A DNA stretch of 64,000 bases from Planctomycetota bacterium (GTDB taxonomy: Bacteria; Planctomycetota; UBA1135): assembly GCA_045047305.1 (NCBI GenBank), contig JASFYO010000029.1:48543-112542 (forward strand), read 5' to 3'. The position numbers and the translations under genes are program-made. Shown here piece by piece: positions 52,227 to 62,928 of the stretch. Each line of letters begins with the position of its first letter. Position 1 is the first letter of the stretch. The notes under the pieces are model-generated. The model saw only the letters and a program-made list of their open reading frames with translations. It ran no database searches and was not told where the DNA came from.

Positions 52227-52263
52227 CGAAGAATGTTAGGTTTCCTGCAAATTTCGTGTAGGG

Positions 52264-54840
52264 ATGCCGGGCCCCGCTATGTCAAAACGCCGCATTCGTG
52301 AAACTTGGAGATTTCTGGTCGATTCCAGCTCCCTGGATGACGCTGCAGTGCGCCTTATGTCCATGCGGACATCCCTGGTGTTTCTAGCACTTGGCCCGCC
52401 TTTCTGGCTTTTGTGGGTGTGGGTGGGTTATATGCCTATTGCCTACCTTATTCTGGCCTGTGAAGCGGCCAATGTGGCCACTTTGATTGCCCTAAAAAGA
52501 GGGGGCTCGCCCAAAAAAATGGCTTGGACGCTCATGGTCATTTTGTATACCTTGGTCATCGTCTCCAGTTTTTCTCTTGGTGGTATTGAAAGTGCATTTA
52601 GCGCATGGTTTCTAACCTTGCCCCTATTGACCTGTTTGTTACTTGGCTTTTCTGCAGCAGTCATCATGGCGGCCTTCACGGTTTCCTCTATTCTTGCTTT
52701 GTGGGCCATGAATATTTTTGGACTTGGTTTGTCCACACCGATTCGACCCGAAGTCAACCAAACTTTTATGTTGGTTCATATCCTTGGCTCCCTGTCGGCC
52801 ACCGCAATCTTGGCTGGCACTTGGGTTGCCACGCAAAAATCGGAACAAAAGAAACGCAAGTTAGCTGAAGAAGGATTACAAGCTACCATTCAGCAAATGC
52901 AGGATGGTCTTTTTGTTTTAGAACGAAAAGAGGATGCGTCCTTGACCGACGAATATGAAGTGGTCATGGCAAACCAAGCAGGGCGGGCGATTCTTAGTGC
53001 CATGCCGAATCAAGAAGAAAAGCTTGACTTGAACCGATGGTTTGAGAGTTTACCTTCCCATCAAAGGTTAGCCGGCCTCGCACTGGAACGAGGGAAAACC
53101 TCCCAAGTCCAGCTAATCCACCCATTCACGGGCCAAAGTTTCGAAGTCAAAGTGGCGCACTGGGATCAACGCTTGGTCTTGACGTTCTACAACGTATCGC
53201 GTCAAAAAGAAGTCGAGCAAAAGCTCAAAGATGCCAGTAATCAAGCCTTTGAGGCGAGCCGCGCGAAAAGTGAATTCCTTGCCAATATGAGCCACGAAAT
53301 CCGAACTCCCATGAACGGCATTATGGGGATGACGGAATTGGCCCTAGACACTGACCTCAGTCCCGACCAGCATGATTTCCTCACCACCATTCAATCCTGT
53401 GCGGATTCCATGCTGACTCTATTGAACGACATTCTAGATTTGTCTCGGATTGAGGCTGGCCGCATGGAGTTGGAAGTGCGTGACTTCCCAATCCGTCAGG
53501 TTTTAGAGGAAGTTCAGGACAGCCTAGGATCCCACGCGATTATGAAAAACATCGACTGGAATGCTTTTGCAACCGAAGATGTTCCCGTTACCGTCACTGG
53601 TGATTCACTCCGCCTGCGTCAGGTCTTATTGAACCTTGCCGGCAACGCAATGAAGTTCACTAATAAGGGTGAAGTTGTGATTGAAACCCGGCTCATCGAA
53701 CGGCAAGACGACAATGCCAAGATTCGATTTGAGATTCGCGACACCGGCTGCGGCATTCCTGCCGAAGTTTTACCCACCCTTTTTGAGAAATTTTCCCAGG
53801 CCGATTCCTCCACCACCCGCACCCACGGCGGCTCGGGCTTAGGCCTTGCGATTTCACGAGAACTGGTCAGCCTCATGGGCGGACGTATGGGCGCATTAAG
53901 CACGGAAGGCGAGGGTTCCACCTTCTGGTTTGAAGTGGATTTCCCCGTCACCCAAACCCTAATGCCACCTGCAGGCACTGCAGAAGCCTTAGTCGGCCGG
54001 AGAATCTTGTTAGTCGATGACATCCAAACCAATCTGCGCGTCATTTCTGGCCAAGTACGTCGCATGGGGTGCCGTTATGAAACGGCCTGCAATGCCAACG
54101 AAGCCCTAGCTCGCCTACAAGATGCCATCATTAGCAATGATCCCTTTTCCATCATGCTTTGCGATAACCTCATGCCGGGCATGAGTGGCATGCAATTGGC
54201 CAATGAAGTGAGCAAAGATCCTCGCTTTGACGGACTTCTCATGTTGTTGATGAGTTCTAACCGAGATAAGGGCGACGTCGCATTAGCACGCACTTCCGGT
54301 TTCGTAGGCCAGCTTATGAAGCCGGTGAAGTACTCAATCCTAAAAAGGGAGCTTCTTTCTCTTCTGGGAGAAACGGAACCTCTCTCGATACAAGATCCAC
54401 GAAAAGCACCTGAAGATGTAACGGCTGCAGACATGGAATCGGCTGCAAACTCGCCTCGATGCTCCATTTTGCTCGCAGAAGACAATGTCGTAAACCGCAA
54501 ACTTGCCGAACGGATTCTTGCAACCGCAGAACATGAAGTCGATTGGGCACAGAATGGTCTGCGTGCATTAGAAATGGCGGCTGCCAAGGATTACGACATT
54601 ATCCTTATGGATTGCCAAATGCCGGAACTGGATGGCTATGAGGCCACCAAACGCATACGGGCTCTAGGCGGGGCCAACATGACTGTGCCGATTATTGCTT
54701 TGACTGCAAATGCCATGGTCGGCGACCGCAATAAATGCATTGCGGCAGGTATGGATGACTATGTCACCAAACCACTTAAACGTGAAACCTTTCTTGAAGT
54801 GTTGAATCACTGGTTAGTCAAGGCGCGCGAATCTGCCTAA
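52264..54840 (+). CDS. Hybrid membrane sensor histidine kinase with two receiver domains
   Basis: N-terminal TM helices; [38 protein letters not shown]; receiver domains LLVDD and LLAED...MDCQMP; start may be 52279. Confidence 0.93.
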   Translation: MPGPAMSKRRIRETWRFLVDSSSLDDAAVRLMSMRTSLVFLALGPPFWLLWVWVGYMPIAYLILACEAANVATLIALKRGGSPKKMAWTLMVILYTLVIVSSFSLGGIESAFSAWFLTLPLLTCLLLGFSAAVIMAAFTVSSILALWAMNIFGLGLSTPIRPEVNQTFMLVHILGSLSATAILAGTWVATQKSEQKKRKLAEEGLQATIQQMQDGLFVLERKEDASLTDEYEVVMANQAGRAILSAMPNQEEKLDLNRWFESLPSHQRLAGLALERGKTSQVQLIHPFTGQSFEVKVAHWDQRLVLTFYNVSRQKEVEQKLKDASNQAFEASRAKSEFLANMSHEIRTPMNGIMGMTELALDTDLSPDQHDFLTTIQSCADSMLTLLNDILDLSRIEAGRMELEVRDFPIRQVLEEVQDSLGSHAIMKNIDWNAFATEDVPVTVTGDSLRLRQVLLNLAGNAMKFTNKGEVVIETRLIERQDDNAKIRFEIRDTGCGIPAEVLPTLFEKFSQADSSTTRTHGGSGLGLAISRELVSLMGGRMGALSTEGEGSTFWFEVDFPVTQTLMPPAGTAEALVGRRILLVDDIQTNLRVISGQVRRMGCRYETACNANEALARLQDAIISNDPFSIMLCDNLMPGMSGMQLANEVSKDPRFDGLLMLLMSSNRDKGDVALARTSGFVGQLMKPVKYSILKRELLSLLGETEPLSIQDPRKAPEDVTAADMESAANSPRCSILLAEDNVVNRKLAERILATAEHEVDWAQNGLRALEMAAAKDYDIILMDCQMPELDGYEATKRIRALGGANMTVPIIALTANAMVGDRNKCIAAGMDDYVTKPLKRETFLEVLNHWLVKARESA

Positions 54841-54867
54841 GAGGACAGATTCTGCTATTTTTGGGCC

Positions 54868-56151
54868 ATGCTTCGGTTGGTCCTCCCACTCCTCTTCATC
54901 GGCTTATTCTGCGCTACGATTTCGGCGCAACTCGACCCCAATGCGCCTGATAAGCGAGAGCAAAAAATCTTGCTTGAAGAGTACCGAGGATTAGACAGGC
55001 GCGACATCGATGGTTTTGCGCGTAGCCTTGAAATCATTCAACGCCTGGAGCAGGTCCAACTTACACGCCCCGCCGACATCAAAAAATGGCGCAAGGAATT
55101 GGCCAAGGCGGATCAAAAGTATGGACGTAAGTTAAAGAAAAAAAGTGGGCGTCATTATTACTTTGAGAATCCTAAAACCGGGCTCTTTATTGTGGGAGGC
55201 GACACCAAAAAACCCAAAGGATTAGTCATCTGCATGCACGGTGGCGGGGTCGGCTCTGGCGATGCCAATGGCATGGTTGCTTCCATGTCTGGTCCCGCAA
55301 GCAAACTGGATTGGCTCGCTATATTCCCCGAGGTACTTGAAAAAACCGAGCGCGGGTGGACCGATGCCGGCACCGAGGAATGGGTAGTGGATCTCATCGA
55401 TGGCGCACTCCGCACCTGGAAGATTGATCCGAATAACGTCTATCTATCCGGCCATTCCATGGGCGGCTATGGCAGTTGGACTTTGGGTGCCCATCATGCG
55501 GATCGGGTTGCAGCATTAGCTCCTTCTGCAGGTGCTCCTACCCCCGCCTACGGCCCAGACGGCACCATTGTGGAGATTGATCAAGGCGTGGTGCCCAACC
55601 TCCGTAACGTGCCGATGATTGTTTTCCAGAGCACCGATGATCCGCGAGTACCACCGGAGGCGAATCAAGCTGCAGTGAAGGACGTCGAGAAGTTCAAGGA
55701 CCTCTATGGTGGTTATGAGAACTTTACTTACTGGGAGGTGACCGATCGTCAGCATCAGTTTCCTGTGGGTGGCATGAAGGTGCTGATGGAAAAAATGGAC
55801 GTGTTCAAGCGTCAGCCGATTCAGGACAAAATCGTGTGGCAGCCGACGCTGGACTGGAAGCATCAGATGGGCTGGTTGTGGTGGGAAGAACCAGCGCTAA
55901 GGCAAATCCTGATGGCCGAGCGTCTGCCGGATGAGAACACCATCTCCATCGAAACCAAGGCCGATTTGTCCACGCTTTATGTGCTGTTGGATCCGCGTGT
56001 GGTGGATATGGAGAAGGAAGTCATCATCCTGGTGAATGGCGAGGAAAGCAATCGCGGGATCCCTCAACCAAACCTTGGCACCATGTTGTTGACGGGTAGC
56101 ACCCCAGACACCGAGCTATTGTTTTTGGCGCGGATGAAGGTGTTGAAGTAA
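54868..56151 (+). CDS. Secreted alpha/beta hydrolase (esterase/peptidase-like)
   Basis: Signal peptide; CMHGGG, SGHSMGGYG, DDPRVP, QHQF. Confidence 0.82.
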   Translation: MLRLVLPLLFIGLFCATISAQLDPNAPDKREQKILLEEYRGLDRRDIDGFARSLEIIQRLEQVQLTRPADIKKWRKELAKADQKYGRKLKKKSGRHYYFENPKTGLFIVGGDTKKPKGLVICMHGGGVGSGDANGMVASMSGPASKLDWLAIFPEVLEKTERGWTDAGTEEWVVDLIDGALRTWKIDPNNVYLSGHSMGGYGSWTLGAHHADRVAALAPSAGAPTPAYGPDGTIVEIDQGVVPNLRNVPMIVFQSTDDPRVPPEANQAAVKDVEKFKDLYGGYENFTYWEVTDRQHQFPVGGMKVLMEKMDVFKRQPIQDKIVWQPTLDWKHQMGWLWWEEPALRQILMAERLPDENTISIETKADLSTLYVLLDPRVVDMEKEVIILVNGEESNRGIPQPNLGTMLLTGSTPDTELLFLARMKVLK

Positions 56152-56154
56152 TCG

Positions 56155-56343
56155 TTATTTTTCAGCTTGCTCCATCTTCTGCAGGATGCGCTGCTGGCGA
56201 GTAAATAGCGACATGGTGCTGAAGGAAACCATGAGCCCGCCGAGGAAGGAAAGCCAAAGCATGCCTTCTGGCTGCAGGCCAATCACTATAAACAAAGGTC
56301 CGAAGGCAAGAAAGGCGGGCATCAAGGGAGTGGGGAGATTCAT
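56155..56343 (-). CDS. Small two-TM membrane protein
   Basis: 62 aa, two hydrophobic helices, ATG 9 nt after the selA stop. Confidence 0.55.
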   Translation of the reverse strand: MNLPTPLMPAFLAFGPLFIVIGLQPEGMLWLSFLGGLMVSFSTMSLFTRQQRILQKMEQAEK

Positions 56344-56352
56344 GTTGTGGAT

Positions 56353-57735
56353 TTACAGATGGGACAGAGCTTGGAGAACGATGGGCTCTTGCTCTTCCGC
56401 GACCGTGCGCAAATCAAGCAGCACGCTTTCGTCCTGAATGCGGGAGAAGATTGGCGGCTCACTCAAACGTAGAGCATGGGCAAGGTCGGTGGCGTCGCGC
56501 GAAGTATGGCGGATGAGGACGCCAGCGGATGGCAGGTCCTCGGTGGGTGAAGCTCCGGAACCAACACGGCCGTTACAGGTGGTAGCTGCGGCAGTGAGGG
56601 TGTCGCCTAGAGCGTTGACCTCGGCAGCAAACGCGGTGGCGCGGTGCATGATTTGATCCTCGGTTAAGGACAAACGCTGCAGGGCCGGAATGCGTGCAAG
56701 CGCGGCATCGGCACCTAAAGCGTGAATCGACAAGGTGGCTTCCAACGCGGCAAGAATGGTTTTGTCGAGGCGAATGCAGCGCGTGAGCATGTCCCGGCGT
56801 AAACGCTCGACCAAAGGTTTCGCGCCCACAATCAAACCGGCTTGCGGTCCACCGAGCAACTTATCGCCGGAGAAAGTGACGATGTCACACCCTTGCTGCA
56901 AAGCATCGCGCACCGGGTGCTCTTTTTCAATGCCGATTAAATCGCGCGCATCTAAAACGCCAGAGCCGAGGTCATAAACCAAAGGCAAACCACGTTGATG
57001 ACAGATGTCGGCCAACTCCTTCATGCCGACTTCCTTAGTGAAACCCTCAATCCGATAGTTGCTTGGATGAATGCGCAACACACAAGCGACATCGGGGTCC
57101 TCTAGCGCCTTGATGTAATCCTTGGCATGCACGCGATTGGTGGTGCCAACCCCCACCATGGTTGCGCCACCGGCATCAATCACCTCCGGCATGCGATAAC
57201 TGCCGCCGATTTCCACCAGCTCGGACCGCGCGACCACCACTTTGCGACCACGCGCCAGCGCAGAAACCGCCAGCAACACCGTGGCCGCATTATTGTTGAC
57301 TGGCAGACCGGCTTCGGCGCCAGTCACTTTGGCGAGCAAGTCGGAAACTGGGGCATCGCGACGTCCGCGGCCACCGGTTTCGCGGTCAATCTCACAGATG
57401 GAAGCCCCCGCTGCCTGAGCCGCAGCTTGGATCGCCTCCATCGCCCATGGTGCACGCCCAAGATTGGTGTGCAGCACGACTCCAGTGGCATTAATCGCCC
57501 CGCGCAGGCGTAAACTAGGCAGCACCTCGAGGCGTGCGCAAACTTCGGCCCAGAAGGCATCGTCCACCCCGGCCATGCGGTCACCAGCCTTCCGCGCGGC
57601 GCGAATCTGGTCCAAAGCCATGGAACAAGCCTGGCGACAAGCCTCGTGCCCAAAGGACTCGAGACCACGCTGGGTGCATTCCTCCAACAATTCATTCATC
57701 GCCGGGATACGGGGAGGATTCTTAGACGCGGGCAT
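56353..57735 (-). CDS. selA: L-seryl-tRNA(Sec) selenium transferase
   Basis: INATGVVLHTNLGRAP, VNNNAA, ELVEIGGSYR, VGTTNR, HPSNY, FSGDKLLGGPQAG. Confidence 0.96.
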   Translation of the reverse strand: MPASKNPPRIPAMNELLEECTQRGLESFGHEACRQACSMALDQIRAARKAGDRMAGVDDAFWAEVCARLEVLPSLRLRGAINATGVVLHTNLGRAPWAMEAIQAAAQAAGASICEIDRETGGRGRRDAPVSDLLAKVTGAEAGLPVNNNAATVLLAVSALARGRKVVVARSELVEIGGSYRMPEVIDAGGATMVGVGTTNRVHAKDYIKALEDPDVACVLRIHPSNYRIEGFTKEVGMKELADICHQRGLPLVYDLGSGVLDARDLIGIEKEHPVRDALQQGCDIVTFSGDKLLGGPQAGLIVGAKPLVERLRRDMLTRCIRLDKTILAALEATLSIHALGADAALARIPALQRLSLTEDQIMHRATAFAAEVNALGDTLTAAATTCNGRVGSGASPTEDLPSAGVLIRHTSRDATDLAHALRLSEPPIFSRIQDESVLLDLRTVAEEQEPIVLQALSHL

Positions 57736-57750
57736 CCTAGAATCTTAAGC
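57736..57750. promoter_or_regulatory. Putative bidirectional leaderless promoter for selA and recJ
   Basis: Plus TAGAAT (57738-57743)-N7-GTG; minus TAAGAT (57747-57742)-N6-ATG. Confidence 0.55.
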
Positions 57751-59505
57751 GTGAGACGTACGGCTGTCGCGGCGCAGTTCCGCTGGAAACTGCAAACACC
57801 CAACCGCGGCGAGCAAAACGCCCTGGCCAAGGACCTAGGAATCCGTCCACTCACCGCTGGATTGCTACTTTCGCGCGGAATTTCCGAGCTGGAAGAGGCC
57901 AAACAGGTGCTGAAACCGTCGCTTTCCTCTCTGCCCGACCCCAAACGCATCCCCGGCTTTGAAGATGCGCTGAACACCCTGGTCGACGCGGTCGAGTCCA
58001 AGCACAAGGTTCTGATTCACGGCGATTACGATGTCGACGGCACCTGCGGCTCGGTTTTGCTTTACCGCCTGATGAAACGGCTCGGTTTGGAGGTGGAAGT
58101 CTTCATCCCCGACCGGGTGCGAGACGGCTATTCCTTTTCGGAAAACAGCCTGACCGCGATTGAAAAGTTCGGCGCCAAGGTGGTGATTGCGGTCGACAAT
58201 GGCACCTCTGCAATGGCACCGCTGGCGAAATTGCATGCCGCTGGAATCCAGGTGATTGTGGTCGACCACCACCTTCCTGGAGAAGAACTTCCAGTTTGTG
58301 CCGCCATGATGAATCCATGGGTGGGCAAGTCGCCTGCGGAAGGCGGCGTTTTCCAAGAGTTCTGCGGCACGGCGGTGGCATGGTTTCTGACCTGGGGTGT
58401 GCTGCGTCACATTCTGGGCGATGGCCAACTACCCGAATCCGACCGCCGCTTCCTGTTCGATAGTCTCGGTTATGCCGCCATCGCCACCATCGGCGATGTC
58501 ATGCCTCTGCGCGGACCGAACCGTGCTTTAGTGCAACATGGTCTGGCTACCTTGCGTGAATCCAGTTTTCCAGGACTACGCGCTTTGGTGAAGTCGTCCG
58601 GCATCCGCAAGGTGCCGAATGCCGAAGACATTGGTTTCCGCATGGGCCCGCGCTTGAATGCTGCCGGACGTATGTTCCAAGCCGAAGTTGCGTTCAAAAC
58701 TTTGTCATGTGATTCCGCGCCGGAAGCAGAAGCGCTTTGCGCGCAACTCGAGGCGCTCAACTTAGAGCGACGCGAGGTGCAGAACCGTCAGAACGATTTA
58801 CTTGCCGGAACCGTCGAAGAACAGTTCCAAAGGGGTGATTCGGTGGTGTTCACCGGCCACTCCGATGCACATTTTGGCGTACTTGGTATCGTCGCAAACC
58901 AAGTGATGGAACGCACAGGCCTACCAACTTTGCTGTGGGCCGAATGTAGCCCCGGAGTTGCGCGCGGCAGTGCCCGTGCGCCAGAAGGCTATCACTTGAT
59001 CGACATCATGGACCGCGCCAAGGAGTTCCTGATTGGTTATGGCGGACATGCACGTGCCGCCGGATTCCACTTTGATCCTGAGCTCGCACCGCAAGTTGCT
59101 GCAGCTCTACGTGATGGCGCAAGCGGTCAAAGCAAGGTGGAGAAGCCTGAGTTGAAAGTCGACAGTGAAATCTCCCCCGGCGAGATTGACCTCAACACCC
59201 TCAACGAATTCGATCGCCTGCAACCTTACGGCGAAGCCTTTGCCGAACCCGCCTTTCTGTGCACCGGATGTCGCCTAGTCACAGCTCCACGTTTTATCGG
59301 CGATGGCTCCCACGTGGAGTTACGCCTTGAACGCGATGGCGAAGTGGTGCGTGCCCTAGGTTGGCGTTTGGCCGACAAAGCACGCGACCTTCAAGTCGGC
59401 GACAAGTTAGATGTCGTAGTCAAAGTCGGCATCAATGATTTCCGCGGACGTCGTGCAGTCGAATGGACTTTGCGCGACTTCCAATCCTCCCCTTCTCAAT
59501 CCTAA
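57751..59505 (+). CDS. recJ: Single-stranded-DNA-specific exonuclease
   Basis: HGDYDVDG, PDR..DGY, VDNG, VDHH, GPRLNAAGR, RGSAR, GGHARAAG; GTG 57751 start. Confidence 0.95.
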   Translation: MRRTAVAAQFRWKLQTPNRGEQNALAKDLGIRPLTAGLLLSRGISELEEAKQVLKPSLSSLPDPKRIPGFEDALNTLVDAVESKHKVLIHGDYDVDGTCGSVLLYRLMKRLGLEVEVFIPDRVRDGYSFSENSLTAIEKFGAKVVIAVDNGTSAMAPLAKLHAAGIQVIVVDHHLPGEELPVCAAMMNPWVGKSPAEGGVFQEFCGTAVAWFLTWGVLRHILGDGQLPESDRRFLFDSLGYAAIATIGDVMPLRGPNRALVQHGLATLRESSFPGLRALVKSSGIRKVPNAEDIGFRMGPRLNAAGRMFQAEVAFKTLSCDSAPEAEALCAQLEALNLERREVQNRQNDLLAGTVEEQFQRGDSVVFTGHSDAHFGVLGIVANQVMERTGLPTLLWAECSPGVARGSARAPEGYHLIDIMDRAKEFLIGYGGHARAAGFHFDPELAPQVAAALRDGASGQSKVEKPELKVDSEISPGEIDLNTLNEFDRLQPYGEAFAEPAFLCTGCRLVTAPRFIGDGSHVELRLERDGEVVRALGWRLADKARDLQVGDKLDVVVKVGINDFRGRRAVEWTLRDFQSSPSQS

Positions 59506-59506
59506 A

Positions 59507-60124
59507 GTGTCTCGCATTCCCATCCTCGGCCATTTCATTCGCTTCGCACGTCGTTTGTACGACTGGATGCTGGCCTTTGCCGACAAACCCTATGCCGGAC
59601 GCGCCCTGTTCGGCTTAAGTTTTATTGAGTCGAGCTTTTTCCCACTGCCGCCGGATCCACTGCTGTTGGCGATGGGTGCGGAAAAACCCGAGAAGGCGAT
59701 TCACTTTGCTGGATTGACCACTTTGGGTTCGGTGCTTGGTGCCATTTTGGGTTTCATCATTGGAAAATTCCTCATGGACACGGTGGGCGAAAACCTGCTC
59801 GACATCTACGACAAAGATCGCCATACATGGAATAAGATTGCTTTGTGGTTTGAAGAATACGGCTCCTTGGCTTTGCTTATGGCGGCCATCACACCGATTC
59901 CATTTAAGGTATTTACCATTGCAAGCGGCGCCACCGGAGTCGCATTCCTACCCTTCCTTGGCGCCTGCATCATTGGCCGTGGGTTCCGCTTTTACCTGGA
60001 AGGATTTCTGCTGAAGTACTTCGGAAAACCAATCCTTGAGTGGATGGAGAAGTGGTTCGACATCGTTTCGATTGGCTTCACGATTCTCCTTATCGGCGGA
60101 TTCGTCGTCATCAAATACATCTAA
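59507..60124 (+). CDS. DedA/YqaA family membrane protein
   Basis: SFIESSFFPLPPDPLL, TPIPFKVFTIASG, GRGFRFY; GTG start just after recJ. Confidence 0.9.
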   Translation: MSRIPILGHFIRFARRLYDWMLAFADKPYAGRALFGLSFIESSFFPLPPDPLLLAMGAEKPEKAIHFAGLTTLGSVLGAILGFIIGKFLMDTVGENLLDIYDKDRHTWNKIALWFEEYGSLALLMAAITPIPFKVFTIASGATGVAFLPFLGACIIGRGFRFYLEGFLLKYFGKPILEWMEKWFDIVSIGFTILLIGGFVVIKYI

Positions 60125-60129
60125 GCCGC

Positions 60130-62922
60130 ATGGCCTCCTCCACTGCAGCATCTCGCCTTTTAGTGGTCGATGGCACCGCACTGGCCTTCCGCGCATTTTT
60201 CGCGATTCGACATTTGACCGATGGACAAGGACGCCCGTCGGGGGCACTTTATGGATACATCACTTCCTTGCTGCGTGCGCTGGAGGATCATCCGGCCGAG
60301 CATGTGGTGGTTGCATGGGATCGCCCGGAACCGACCTTCCGGCATGGCATCGATGATCAATATAAAGCCAACCGTGAAAAGCTAGATGAGGATTTGCGCA
60401 TGCAGTTCCCATGGATGCGCGAAGTCACCGAACTCATGGGCTTAAAGAGTTTAGATGAAGCCGGCTTTGAGGCCGATGACATCCTCGCCAGTCTTGCGGT
60501 GCAAGTTTCTGCGCTCGGCCATGAAGTGCGTTTGTTCACCAGCGATAAGGATTTGGCGCAAGTGGTTTCCGGCAAGGTGCTGCAATGCCCTCCGCCGAAG
60601 CAGGGATCCGATGCCCTCATTTTGGGACCTGCAGAGATTGAGGAAAAGTATGGTTTGCCGCCAAGCAAAATGGCGGAATGGCAAGCGCTGGTTGGGGATA
60701 GCAGCGACAATGTGAAAGGCATGCCTGGCGTCGGCCCGAAACGCGCAACTACTTTGCTGCGGAAGTATGAGAACTTAGATGCTGTCCTCGCACGTGGCCC
60801 AAGCGAAGAAAAGGGCAAGCTTGCGGAGAATCTGGGTAACTTCGCCGACTCTGCGCGCTTGGCTTTGCGTTTGGTCACCATGGTTACCGACATGAAGTTG
60901 GCGGCACTCGAAGAGATGATTCCGAGTACGCCTGATTTTGAAGGGGTGTTGGATTTCTGCAATGACCACGGCTTCAACACCTTGGGTAATCGCTTTCAAG
61001 ACTTCAAGGTGCAGGGCGGATTGCCTGGCAACGTGAACCGGGACAAAAATGCGGTTGCCGAAGAAGTGGAAAGTACCAACGACGGCCCCTCTTCCGCGAA
61101 ACGCTATGCCGATGGCGACTATAAGCTCATTCGCACCGCCGAAGAATTGGTTGTTCTACATGCTGGACTCAAAGCCAGTGGCGGATTTGCTTTTGATACC
61201 GAAACCACCAGCATCGTTGCCATGAAGGCGCGTTTGGTGGGCATGTCCTTTGCTTGGGAAGCGGGCAAGGCCTATTACGTCGCAGAGAACTTGCCGGATC
61301 CTCCACTTGGACCGGATGGCCAAACGGCATTGGAATATCTAAAGCCTCTACTCGAAGATGCAAGCCTTCCGAAGTACGGCCAGAACCTCAAATACGATGC
61401 CCATGTCATGCGTCGGCACGGAGTCTCCATCCAAGGATGGGATTTCGACACCATGGTCGCGCACTTTCTGGTCGACCCCATCTCCCGTCACAATTTGGAT
61501 TCGATGTCGCTGCAATACTTGGGCATGCGCAAGATTCCAACCAAAGAATTACTGGGTACCGGCAAAAACGCCTTAACCATGGATTTGGTGCCGATTGACG
61601 CGGTTGCCGAATACGCCTGCGAAGACGCCGATGCCACCTTCCAACTAGTGGCCCCCATGCGCGCAGGACTGAAGGAAGTGCAGGCCGAAAAGCTATTCCA
61701 CGATGTGGAGTTGCCGCTGATTGGCGTATTGGAGCGCATGGAAGCGGAAGGCATGCGAGTCGATAAAGAACGTCTGTTGGAAATGCGCAAGAGTTTGGGC
61801 AAGCGTCAGATGGAATTGGAACGCAAAGTGCATGCAGAAGCCGGCGATCCCTTCAATGTCAATTCGCCGAAGCAACTGGGACCGATTCTGTTTGAGAAGT
61901 TGATGATCCAGGATATTGCGGGGGTAAAACGCGTTGGGAAAACCAAAACCGGTTACAAGACCGATGCCGCCACCATGGAGAAGTATGCAGGCATTCCGAT
62001 TGTCGATGCGCTGCTGGAATATCGTCAGGTGACCAAACTAATTGGCACTTATGTGGATGCGCTTCCGGGCTACATTCACCCGGAAACTGGGCATATTCAC
62101 AGCTCCTTTCATCAGGCAGTCGCAAGTACCGGCCGCTTAAGCTCGAGTGACCCGAACTTGCAGAACATTCCGATTCGGAGTGAAGCGGGGCGGGAAATAC
62201 GTCGCGCATTCGTGCCGCGGGCAGAAGGCTGGGTGTTGATGTCGGCGGATTATTCCCAGGTCGAATTACGTGTGGTAGCCCACCTATCGCAAGATCCAGC
62301 CCTGATTTCAGCATTCAACGAGGGCGCCGACGTCCATGCACGCACCGCATCTTTGGTCTTCGATGTTCCGCCCGAAGAAGTCGACGGAGAAATGCGTTCG
62401 CGCGCCAAGGCGATTAACTTTGGCATCCTTTACGGCATGGGCCCACAACGCTTGGCACGCGAAACAGGTTTCAGTTTTCAGGAAGCGCGCGACTTTATCG
62501 ACACCTACTTCGAGGCCTTGCCTGGAGTACGCAAGTGGATTGACAAAACTTTAGAGGATGCACGTGAAAATGGAGAAGTCCGCACTTTGCTCGGACGTCA
62601 CCGCCCCACCCCTGACGTCAACTCCAGTGATGGACGGGTACGCTCGGCTGCTGAGAACGTCGCGGTGAATACTCCGGTGCAAGGCTCCGCCGCCGACCTC
62701 ATCAAGGTCGCCATGCTTAAAGTCGATGCGCGCATTCAAAAAGAAGGCCTGCAATCGCGCATGATTCTGCAAGTGCACGATGAATTGGTTTTCGATTGCC
62801 TGAAAACCGAGCTCGAGCAAATGGAAAAACTGGTGCGCGAAGAAATGGAGGGTGCATGGCAGCTCGATGTTCCGCTCAGAGTGGACCTCGACCACGGCCC
62901 TGACTGGGCCAGCGCCCACTAA
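60130..62922 (+). CDS. polA: DNA polymerase I
   Basis: VVDG..LAFRAFFA, EADD, GDSSDN (5' nuclease); FDTET (3'-5' exo); TGRLSSSDPNLQNIP, ADYSQVELR, KAINFGILYG, QVHDELV. Confidence 0.97.
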   Translation: MASSTAASRLLVVDGTALAFRAFFAIRHLTDGQGRPSGALYGYITSLLRALEDHPAEHVVVAWDRPEPTFRHGIDDQYKANREKLDEDLRMQFPWMREVTELMGLKSLDEAGFEADDILASLAVQVSALGHEVRLFTSDKDLAQVVSGKVLQCPPPKQGSDALILGPAEIEEKYGLPPSKMAEWQALVGDSSDNVKGMPGVGPKRATTLLRKYENLDAVLARGPSEEKGKLAENLGNFADSARLALRLVTMVTDMKLAALEEMIPSTPDFEGVLDFCNDHGFNTLGNRFQDFKVQGGLPGNVNRDKNAVAEEVESTNDGPSSAKRYADGDYKLIRTAEELVVLHAGLKASGGFAFDTETTSIVAMKARLVGMSFAWEAGKAYYVAENLPDPPLGPDGQTALEYLKPLLEDASLPKYGQNLKYDAHVMRRHGVSIQGWDFDTMVAHFLVDPISRHNLDSMSLQYLGMRKIPTKELLGTGKNALTMDLVPIDAVAEYACEDADATFQLVAPMRAGLKEVQAEKLFHDVELPLIGVLERMEAEGMRVDKERLLEMRKSLGKRQMELERKVHAEAGDPFNVNSPKQLGPILFEKLMIQDIAGVKRVGKTKTGYKTDAATMEKYAGIPIVDALLEYRQVTKLIGTYVDALPGYIHPETGHIHSSFHQAVASTGRLSSSDPNLQNIPIRSEAGREIRRAFVPRAEGWVLMSADYSQVELRVVAHLSQDPALISAFNEGADVHARTASLVFDVPPEEVDGEMRSRAKAINFGILYGMGPQRLARETGFSFQEARDFIDTYFEALPGVRKWIDKTLEDARENGEVRTLLGRHRPTPDVNSSDGRVRSAAENVAVNTPVQGSAADLIKVAMLKVDARIQKEGLQSRMILQVHDELVFDCLKTELEQMEKLVREEMEGAWQLDVPLRVDLDHGPDWASAH

Positions 62923-62928
62923 AGCAAT

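Noticed and set aside
57646..57750. recJ start at 57646, and similar extensions of dedA (59435) and polA (60040)
   Set aside because: They overlap neighbouring genes; downstream starts fit family N-termini
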